A DNA stretch of 32,686 nt from the IMG/VR virus record IMGVR_UViG_3300035135_000701, positions 1 through 32,686 of that record, one strand, 5' to 3'. The notes under the pieces are model-generated. The model was not told the origin of the DNA. It was given only the letters and a program-made list of their open reading frames with translations, and did not search any database. A program made the position numbers and the translations under genes. Shown piece after piece: positions 8,903 to 15,952 of this stretch; position 1 is the stretch's first letter, and each line of letters starts with the position of its first letter. This stretch comes from a virus (Duplodnaviria > Caudoviricetes).

Positions 8903-9591
8903 CTGTAGTACCTCTTTCTGTACAAACTATTGAAATCCTGAAGAACTTTTCCACGATCAATACCAGCATCGTGGTCAAGGCAGGTAACGAACTCAAGACC
9001 ATCAGCAATGCTGAGAACATCTTTGCGCAAGCAACAGTAGAAGAAATTTTTCCTCGCGACTTCGCAATCTATGACCTCAGTCAGTTCATCGTTGGTCTTA
9101 GTTTGTTTGAGAGTCCTGTACTTCACTTCGACAACGATAATTATGTCACTATCCGTGACAGCAACAAAGGTCGTCGCGTAAAGTATTACTTCTCGAATCC
9201 TGAAATTACGATGAAGGCATCGCCTGATCGTGAAATCAAATTCCCTGGTGGCAACATTAACTTTGACGTTACCTTCGATAACATTGCGGCTCTTCTTAAG
9301 GCATCCGCTGTATACGGTCTCCCTGATCTTACTGTTGTCAGTGAGCAGGATACTGTCACCCTCCAAGTCCGCGACAAGGAAGATGACACATCAAACTCGT
9401 ATGATCAGGTCGTCACAGGATCATCCGACGATGAGTATGCTCTGGACTTTAAAGTGGAGAACCTCCGACTCTACTCAGGTGTGAAGACTGGAACTGATGG
9501 TGACTACAGCGTCAGTGTTTCCAATCGTTACATTTCCGAGTGGACTCACAAATCTATTGGACTAAAATACTTCATCGCTCTTGAACCCTAA
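8899..9591 (+). CDS. gp45: Sliding clamp gp45
   Basis: LKNFSTIN, FAIYDL, C-terminal YFIALE; synteny with gp44. Confidence 0.94.
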   Translation: MTVVPLSVQTIEILKNFSTINTSIVVKAGNELKTISNAENIFAQATVEEIFPRDFAIYDLSQFIVGLSLFESPVLHFDNDNYVTIRDSNKGRRVKYYFSNPEITMKASPDREIKFPGGNINFDVTFDNIAALLKASAVYGLPDLTVVSEQDTVTLQVRDKEDDTSNSYDQVVTGSSDDEYALDFKVENLRLYSGVKTGTDGDYSVSVSNRYISEWTHKSIGLKYFIALEP

Positions 9592-9721
9592 AGGACCTTT
9601 GATTCCTGTCCTTATGTTTCTGGGTGTCATCTTTGCCACCCTGAGCGTAATTGTTGCAGGATACTTTCACGGACATATGTCAGTGCAAACAGTCTGGCAT
9701 AACTTGCACAACTTTAATTGA
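9581..9721 (+). CDS. Small membrane protein, 46 aa (not in ORF track)
   Basis: TTG start, MNPKGPLIPVLMFLGVIFATLSVIVAGYFHGHMSVQTVWHNLHNFN, TGA 9719-9721; fills the gp45-gp44 gap exactly. Confidence 0.6.
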   Translation: MNPKGPLIPVLMFLGVIFATLSVIVAGYFHGHMSVQTVWHNLHNFN

Positions 9722-9723
9722 TT

Positions 9724-10662
9724 ATGAAAAAATTCCTTTGGGTCGAACAATACCGTCCGACAAAAGTTGCAGATTGCATCCTGCCTGCTAACCTAAAGAA
9801 AACTTTTCAGGAGTTTGTAGATGCAGGAGAATTTCCGAACCTCCTTCTTTCGGGGTCTGCTGGTGTGGGCAAGACGACGATTGCTCGTGCTCTTTGTGAT
9901 GAGTTGGGTGTTAGCTCCATTGTTATTAACGGTTCTGATGAGGGACGATATCTCGACACCGTACGGACACGAGTTAAAACATTTGCGTCCACGATCTCGC
10001 TGACTGGTAGCACACATAAGTGTGTCATCATCGATGAAGCAGATAATATGACACCTGATGTGCAGGCACAACTGCGTGCTGCCATCGAAGAGTTTCAAAA
10101 CAACTGTAGGTTTATCTTTACTTGTAACTACAAGAACAAGATTATGCCTGCTCTGCAGTCACGCTGTTCTGTCTTTGACTTCACCGTTAAGAAAGAAGAG
10201 AAGATGGAATTGCAAGGTCAGTTCTTCTTACGTGTGAAGCAGATCCTGAAAGAAAATGCTGTCACCGCACCTGATAAAGTTCTGGTCAAACTGGTGCAGA
10301 AGCACTATCCTGACTGGCGTCGCTGCTTGAATGAACTCCAGCGACACGCTGCTAGCGGTGAAATAGATAGTGGTATCTTGGTGGATATCGCTGACTTGGA
10401 CATCACTTCGCTGGTCAAGGCGCTGAAGAACAAAGAATTCAACACTGTTCGTCAGTGGGTGGTGGAGAATCTTGACAACGATCCCAATATGATCTTGCGC
10501 AAGGTTTACGATGTACTCTTAAATACCCTTGTCGGAAAATCTGTGCCGCAATTGGTGTTGATCATCGGTGAGTATCAGTACAAAACTGCATTTGTTGCTG
10601 ACCAAGAAATCAACCTGCTTGCTTGTATGACACAGATTATGGTGGAGTGTGAATTCAAATGA
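9724..10662 (+). CDS. gp44: Clamp loader large subunit gp44
   Basis: LWVEQYRP, Walker A GSAGVGKT, IIDEAD, SRC motif. Confidence 0.96.
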   Translation: MKKFLWVEQYRPTKVADCILPANLKKTFQEFVDAGEFPNLLLSGSAGVGKTTIARALCDELGVSSIVINGSDEGRYLDTVRTRVKTFASTISLTGSTHKCVIIDEADNMTPDVQAQLRAAIEEFQNNCRFIFTCNYKNKIMPALQSRCSVFDFTVKKEEKMELQGQFFLRVKQILKENAVTAPDKVLVKLVQKHYPDWRRCLNELQRHAASGEIDSGILVDIADLDITSLVKALKNKEFNTVRQWVVENLDNDPNMILRKVYDVLLNTLVGKSVPQLVLIIGEYQYKTAFVADQEINLLACMTQIMVECEFK

Positions 10663-11477
10663 CATTACCTAAAGAACGCGAGATTGCTAGAGAGCGTCAC
10701 TACGATTGTGAGAGTCTGATGGACCTCACACGTACCTATAAAGTGGACGTGAACTTCCGTGGTGTGCTTGGTGAAGCAAAGTCTTGCTACGATCTGTGGA
10801 AGGGCAGCATCTCTAATATGTCTAAGATGGCAATGAGTGCTGAGTCTGTAGACGACAGTGATTGGGATATGACGTTGAGCAAGAACGCTTACAACATCAT
10901 CTGTCTGTCTTCTACGCTTCCTAATTTTTACGAACTGTGGAACCAAATGTTTCGACAGATTCGTTCTCACCCAGAACTGAAAACAAAACCTCTGTGGATT
11001 CACGCCTGGTTGAATGTGCACCGTCAGGAAGATCTTGGCAGACTTTCTCTTGGTTGGCACAACCACAGTTACTGCAGGTATCACGGTTTCGTGCACCTCA
11101 GCGACAAAGCAACAGATACTGTATTCGCTGATCACATTCCCACATCAAATGAGGAGCGTGATGATATTACTCAGTGGTATCTGGAAGATGCTAACGATCG
11201 CGATGAGCATCCTCTGAATAAAGAAGGCATCACCCGTGTGATTCCTAACGAGCAGGGACTCCACTACATTGGTCCTGGTCCCCTGCTGCACCGTGTTGTA
11301 CCGAAACCTTTCAAAGGCATCCGTTGCAGCATCGGGTATGATATCATTGATGATCTGAACTGGTTAGCAATGGAGGATTGTAGTTCCGACAAGGGCGTGT
11401 GCCAAGCGTACCCCGTCTTTGAACGTAACATTGACATCTTCAATACCAAACTGGTACCTATTCCTTATTATGAGTAA
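10659..11477 (+). CDS. Hypothetical protein, probable divergent 2OG-Fe(II) oxygenase fold
   Basis: AWLNV...WHNH...LHRV...RCSIGYD spacing resembles DSBH oxygenase ligands. Confidence 0.55.
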   Translation: MTLPKEREIARERHYDCESLMDLTRTYKVDVNFRGVLGEAKSCYDLWKGSISNMSKMAMSAESVDDSDWDMTLSKNAYNIICLSSTLPNFYELWNQMFRQIRSHPELKTKPLWIHAWLNVHRQEDLGRLSLGWHNHSYCRYHGFVHLSDKATDTVFADHIPTSNEERDDITQWYLEDANDRDEHPLNKEGITRVIPNEQGLHYIGPGPLLHRVVPKPFKGIRCSIGYDIIDDLNWLAMEDCSSDKGVCQAYPVFERNIDIFNTKLVPIPYYE

Positions 11478-12333
11478 AAAGTTCAAGACACCTCTGCGTT
11501 ACCCTGGTGGTAAATCACGTGCTACTAAGTTCCTTCTCGATTACATTCCTGAGAAGTTTGATGCTTACACTGAGGGTTTCCTTGGTGGTGGTTCTATGGC
11601 GATTGCTCTTGCACGTCGCAACCCCAGTCTCAAGATTACTGTCAGTGATCTTTACTATCCCCTCTATTGTTTTTGGTTGACGCTGAGGGACGAAGGTCCT
11701 CGGTTGCAGTCACATCTGTTCAGCATCAAACAGGCTCTGTCTGACTACGAAGACAAGGATGATGTTATCAAAGCACACCGTGCGGCATTTGTGAAAGCAA
11801 AGGAGCAACTGCAGGAGAATCCTGGTGTTTACGAGAACGCTCTTAACTTCTATATCTGCAACAAATGTAGTTTCTCTGGTCTGAGTGAGAACAGTTCTTT
11901 CTCGGGGCAAGCATCTCAGTCTAACTTCAGCAACAACGGTATCTCCTCACTGATCTTCTATCATCAGATGATCCAGCGGTGGGACATCAGGAACGATGAC
12001 TATGCTGACGTTATCGACGTGGATGCATTCAACTTCCTAGACCCTCCGTACGCTATCAAGGACAACCTGTACGGGTCCAAGGGTGACCTGCATAAGCAGT
12101 TCGACCATCAGCGTATGGCAGACCTCCTGAAGGACTTCAGGGGGCGCACAATGATCACCTACAACTCCTGCCAGGAAGTAGAAGATCTCTATCCCACCTT
12201 CGCTAAACTGCAGTGGGATCTTACCTATACGATGCGGTCCACCTCTACCTATGGTGCTGACCAAGACAAGCGTAAAGAATTACTGCTTGTTAATTATTCT
12301 ATAGATAATAGTAGCAATCTCTGGTACAAATAA
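11470..12333 (+). CDS. dam: DNA adenine methyltransferase (Dam/D12 class)
   Basis: LRYPGGKSR, FLGGGS SAM motif, catalytic DPPY; ATG 11470. Confidence 0.9.
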   Translation: MSKKFKTPLRYPGGKSRATKFLLDYIPEKFDAYTEGFLGGGSMAIALARRNPSLKITVSDLYYPLYCFWLTLRDEGPRLQSHLFSIKQALSDYEDKDDVIKAHRAAFVKAKEQLQENPGVYENALNFYICNKCSFSGLSENSSFSGQASQSNFSNNGISSLIFYHQMIQRWDIRNDDYADVIDVDAFNFLDPPYAIKDNLYGSKGDLHKQFDHQRMADLLKDFRGRTMITYNSCQEVEDLYPTFAKLQWDLTYTMRSTSTYGADQDKRKELLLVNYSIDNSSNLWYK

Positions 12334-12539
12334 TGGGAAACATTATCGCTCGCGCCGCAGGTGGTCGCGCACAGATTGTTGACACCTCAGCTGGTGTCCT
12401 CCAGACCTTTGGGGTCGATGTACAAAACGCACTTATTCAAGGAGACGAAGTAGTTGTCACTCTCACTAACGGAAAAACCCAAATCTATCGATTCAACTCT
12501 AGTGGACGAACAGTCTTCGGACCAGTCCGTACGTTTTGA
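12333..12539 (+). CDS. Small hypothetical protein
   Basis: 68 aa ORF coupled to the dam stop (TAATG); TATAGATA late-like box at 12300-12307. Confidence 0.65.
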   Translation: MGNIIARAAGGRAQIVDTSAGVLQTFGVDVQNALIQGDEVVVTLTNGKTQIYRFNSSGRTVFGPVRTF

Positions 12540-12798
12540 ACTTCCACCTGCTGCTAAGTGGGTTACGAACTGGGCATACTACGAAGGCGAAGAACGTCTA
12601 GGTCAAGTCCGTTTCTTTAAGACACGATTCGGTTTGCATAGTAGTGTCAGTGAAGAAACTACCACGGGTAAAACTGTTATCACTGGTCTTCACCTGCAGG
12701 ACGTTATCGAAATGACCTACTGGCATCTTAAGTGGGCAGAAGATGGTTACGATGGTGAACAAGCTGTGTTCGATGGTGTTGTCGGTGGCAAGCTCTGA
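12502..12798 (+). CDS. Hypothetical protein
   Basis: ORF 12454-12798, start uncertain (GTG 12502 chosen); ends VVGGKL coupled to gp62. Confidence 0.6.
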   Translation: MDEQSSDQSVRFELPPAAKWVTNWAYYEGEERLGQVRFFKTRFGLHSSVSEETTTGKTVITGLHLQDVIEMTYWHLKWAEDGYDGEQAVFDGVVGGKL

Positions 12799-13172
12799 TG
12801 GAACTAAAGGATTACCTGTACTCAATCAACCAGTCTAAAAAAGACATCTGGGATCCCGACGATCACAAAAACTATCCACCCTTTGTGATCAATCGCTGCC
12901 TGTCAGGTCATCTTGACTGCATTCTTCACGCTAATGAGATGAATTTTCATCAGCACCTGGATAAGAAGATGCAGTATGACTACTATATAAATACTCTGAG
13001 ACCGAGGAAGCGTTTCTCTCCCTGGTTGAAACAGTCAAAACTTGATGATCTTGATGCGGTAAAAATTTACTATGGTTATAGTAATGAAAAAGCTCGCCAA
13101 GCCCTGCAGGTGTTGACCACCTCTCAGATATCTGAGATTAAAACCCTAATTGATACTGGTGGCAGTAAATGA
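12798..13172 (+). CDS. gp62: Clamp loader small subunit gp62
   Basis: YPPFVINRCLS, ANEMN, RKRFSPW, YYGYSNEKA motifs; precedes regA. Confidence 0.92.
   Translation: MELKDYLYSINQSKKDIWDPDDHKNYPPFVINRCLSGHLDCILHANEMNFHQHLDKKMQYDYYINTLRPRKRFSPWLKQSKLDDLDAVKIYYGYSNEKARQALQVLTTSQISEIKTLIDTGGSK
12986..12993 (+). promoter_or_regulatory. T4-type late promoter TATAAATA inside gp62
   Basis: Exact consensus about 175 nt upstream of regA. Confidence 0.55.
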
Positions 13173-13597
13173 GCGAAGAATTTGTGGAATGGAACGAGAA
13201 CCATATGGTCGAAGTTGTTCTCAAGGAACCTGATGATTTTTTGAAGGTTCGTGAGACTCTGACCCGTATTGGTGTTGCTTCTCGTAAGGAAAAAAAGATT
13301 TATCAATCTTGTCACATCTTGCATAAACGTGGCAAGTATTATATTGTTCATTTCAAGGAGTTGTTTGCCCTGGATGGCAAGCAAACGAACCTGAGTATGA
13401 ATGATATTCAGCGTCGCAACCGTATTATTCAACTCTTGGTTGATTGGGGACTGGTTACTATCTGTGCTGTTAGTCAGGAAAAGATTGCTAACGTTGCACC
13501 TCTAAATCAAATTAAAGTGCTCGCTTTTAAAGAAAAGAGTGAGTGGATCTTAGAATCTAAGTACAATATCGGAAAGAAAAAAACTCCTGAATCTTAA
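13169..13597 (+). CDS. regA: Translational repressor RegA
   Basis: DDFLKVRETLTRIGVAS, QSCHILHKRGKYYIVHFKELFALDG. Confidence 0.96.
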   Translation: MSEEFVEWNENHMVEVVLKEPDDFLKVRETLTRIGVASRKEKKIYQSCHILHKRGKYYIVHFKELFALDGKQTNLSMNDIQRRNRIIQLLVDWGLVTICAVSQEKIANVAPLNQIKVLAFKEKSEWILESKYNIGKKKTPES

Positions 13598-13599
13598 TT

Positions 13600-14439
13600 A
13601 TGCTTACCTTAGATAATGATTTCAAGGGAAGGATTATTTTTCCCAGTGAACTTGAAACACTATTTGAACTGAACCCTAATCGTAAGGAATACATCGGTTC
13701 GATCAGTAAAGATTTTCCTGAGGCACGTTATGTTGCTGTGGAAAATGCTCTTATGAATCCTTATGATGTCAGAGATTTTCTGATCAACTCGGCATACATT
13801 GCTGGCACTAACAATCTTGTTCCCGACAAGACTGGTGCTCCTGGTATGCAGCAACCTATTGCTAACGAGTGGATGAAACCATACGTGCAGTATCTGCGCG
13901 ATATGCTTTTCAAAAAGAAGATCACGTCACGTAACATCCAGTGGCAGGATTTCTGTTGCTATTGTAACGTGTTCTGGAGGGATATGAAGGCGATTGATTC
14001 TAACTATCGTCCTCACGTTGACCCTGGTGACTTTGCATTCAACTTGTTTCTTTCTGACGATATGCACGAGGATGATGGCACTGCTATCTTCTCTATTAAT
14101 GTCGAAGGTCAGAAGTGGTTGGACGTGAGGGAGATGGAGAAGAAGTCTGGTCTGCGTCCTTCCACGATCTCACAGGTAATGGACATCAACAGGATCGGAG
14201 CGGGCATCCCTGACGATTGGGTGTGGTTCACTGGTGATGAAGTCTATAACCTGGAAGGCGTCGTCCCAGGCGGTTTTAACTGCATCTCAGGGTATCGTGG
14301 ATCTATGTTCCACACTGCTAACTACAACCCTGCCTGGTACCCTGAAGGTCACGTCCGCTATTCCCTAGTTTCTATGCTCGCCCTGTCGCTGCCACCTGCA
14401 GGAAAGAGTGCTTTTATCAGTGAAAAACCTAAACAATGA
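13600..14439 (+). CDS. Hypothetical protein, DUF6445-like / 2OG-Fe(II) oxygenase-like
   Basis: APG, PHVD, GTAIF, FNC...YRGSMFHT...R pattern. Confidence 0.6.
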   Translation: MLTLDNDFKGRIIFPSELETLFELNPNRKEYIGSISKDFPEARYVAVENALMNPYDVRDFLINSAYIAGTNNLVPDKTGAPGMQQPIANEWMKPYVQYLRDMLFKKKITSRNIQWQDFCCYCNVFWRDMKAIDSNYRPHVDPGDFAFNLFLSDDMHEDDGTAIFSINVEGQKWLDVREMEKKSGLRPSTISQVMDINRIGAGIPDDWVWFTGDEVYNLEGVVPGGFNCISGYRGSMFHTANYNPAWYPEGHVRYSLVSMLALSLPPAGKSAFISEKPKQ

Positions 14440-14678
14440 GTAAAGTAAGAGTTTTATACGAAGACTGTGATCCTTCTAAAGCAGAAGACAAATCACTTCC
14501 GAACACTGCGTACATTGTAACTTACTACGAGAACGGTCAGAAAAAATATGACATCGCTGTTTGTAGTAAAAAAGTAGATCTGTTTGATCATTATTGGGAC
14601 AAGTATCGTAAAGATTTTCTACGATTCGATCAGACTGAAGGTAGAGCAAACCCCAAACTCTGGTCTCCCCCTAAATAG
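14436..14678 (+). CDS. Small hypothetical protein
   Basis: 80 aa ORF with ATGA coupling. Confidence 0.7.
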   Translation: MSKVRVLYEDCDPSKAEDKSLPNTAYIVTYYENGQKKYDIAVCSKKVDLFDHYWDKYRKDFLRFDQTEGRANPKLWSPPK

Positions 14679-14730
14679 TTCGTCGCCTTTTCGTGCGCGA
14701 CACGCTACATACGGAATATACGCTACATTG

Positions 14731-14757
14731 GACGGGTTACCACACCCGTCTTTTTTT
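14731..14757 (+). terminator. Rho-independent terminator
   Basis: GACGGGT-TACCAC-ACCCGTC followed by T7. Confidence 0.85.
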
Positions 14758-14763
14758 GTGTAG

Positions 14764-14871
14764 TGTTATAATTAGTACTGTTGGAGGTTTTGGTTCGACA
14801 GAACCCCTTCAACGCCAAAGGTTGCCTTCGGGGACCACACAACACAAACTCGCTTTAAAGGAGCTACGAAG
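14764..14871 (+). promoter_or_regulatory. hsp20 promoter (TGnTATAAT) and structured 5' UTR with ROSE-like SD hairpin
   Basis: TGTTATAAT 14764-14772; hairpins 14780-14813, 14820-14836 (cUUCGg) and 14849-14863 (CUCGCU/AGGAG). Confidence 0.6.
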
Positions 14872-15306
14872 ATGAACAGAGTCGTAAGGTACACTGCTGC
14901 CGATATGCCAGAACTGATGGATAAGATCCTTAAGTATTCTATTGGTGCTGAGGATTGGTTTGAAAGAGTCGGCGCACTGCACGAGACTACTAAAAATTAT
15001 CCGCCTTATAATGTTATTCACGAATCAAATGTGAAACAGGTGGTTGAAATCGCACTTGCTGGTTTCAAGAAAGCGGAAGTCTTTGTCTACACCGAACACG
15101 GTAAACTTTTTGTCGAAGGACAGAAAGAAGATAAAGAAACTGATGTGAATTATTCTCATAAGGGCATTGCCCAACGTAGCTTCACCCGATCCTGGACCCT
15201 AACAGAAGATTGGAGAGTGGATGATGTTCAATTTGAAGATGGTCTCCTGAGAATTGAACTGCAAAAAGTTGTCCCCGAGCACTTCCAGCGCCAGGATTTC
15301 CTCTAA
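14872..15306 (+). CDS. hsp20: Small heat shock protein Hsp20 (IbpA-like)
   Basis: NYPPYNV, IALAGF, HKGIAQRSFTRSW, FEDGLLRIEL alpha-crystallin motifs. Confidence 0.95.
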   Translation: MNRVVRYTAADMPELMDKILKYSIGAEDWFERVGALHETTKNYPPYNVIHESNVKQVVEIALAGFKKAEVFVYTEHGKLFVEGQKEDKETDVNYSHKGIAQRSFTRSWTLTEDWRVDDVQFEDGLLRIELQKVVPEHFQRQDFL

Positions 15307-15333
15307 ATACTAAGACTCCCTGCGTGCCACACT

Positions 15334-15369
15334 GGACCCCTTGACTTCGGTCGGGGGGTCCTTTATAAT
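15334..15369 (+). promoter_or_regulatory. Sigma70 promoter TTGACT-N17-TATAAT overlapping a UUCG hairpin (probable hsp20 terminator)
   Basis: TTGACT 15341-15346, TATAAT 15364-15369; GGACCCCTTGAC-TTCG-GTCGGGGGGTCC 15334-15361. Confidence 0.7.
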
Positions 15370-15390
15370 GATCTTGACCTAGTAACTATT

Positions 15391-15747
15391 ATGTCCGTAC
15401 AACTGCTCCTGATGAAGTCTGGTGAGGACGTGATCGCTGACGTGTATGAAATGCGTCCAGATGGCGAGAACGGTCCTACTGGATACATTCTTCGCGACCC
15501 CCAGATCGTGAAGATTATGAAGAATATGGAGGATCCTGAGAAAGGTCCTAACGTTCTCTTTGAAAACTGGGCACCCCTTGCTGCAGAGCGTCGATTCCTG
15601 ATTCGGGAGTCTTCTTTTATTACTATTACGATGCCGATCGAAGCATTGGCAAAACACTTTATCGAACGTTTTGGTGAAACCGATGAACAACTTGAATCTG
15701 CAAGTGCTGCTACTCAAGAACGACAAGGTATTATTAAGCCAGATTGA
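15391..15747 (+). CDS. Hypothetical protein
   Basis: 118 aa; LLLMKSGEDVIAD N-terminus resembles the 303-710 protein type. Confidence 0.75.
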   Translation: MSVQLLLMKSGEDVIADVYEMRPDGENGPTGYILRDPQIVKIMKNMEDPEKGPNVLFENWAPLAAERRFLIRESSFITITMPIEALAKHFIERFGETDEQLESASAATQERQGIIKPD

Positions 15748-15952
15748 GGAGACTGCAGCGGAACTCCCTGGTGAGCCTGATGTCCTTCTGGTCAAACCCT
15801 ATGAGTTGGACGAAGACGGTAACTTGACACGGCTCCTCAAGGATGTTACCATACAAGATGAGATGATGATCCACAGCGATTCGATTCTCACCATTGTCGA
15901 ACCAAACGAGTACCTAGTCAAAGCATACAATGAGATTCTACAAGAACGTTGA
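15683..15952 (+). CDS. Hypothetical protein
   Basis: ATG 15683 within ORF 15671-15952; GEPD..L.KPY pattern; directly before gp43. Confidence 0.7.
   Translation: MNNLNLQVLLLKNDKVLLSQIEETAAELPGEPDVLLVKPYELDEDGNLTRLLKDVTIQDEMMIHSDSILTIVEPNEYLVKAYNEILQER

Noticed and set aside
14702-14728. Direct repeat as mini-CRISPR
   Set aside because: Only two 9-nt copies with a 9-nt gap; no cas genes
14693-14875. 60-aa ORF in the intergenic region before hsp20
   Set aside because: Crosses a strong terminator and the hsp20 promoter; region better explained as structured RNA
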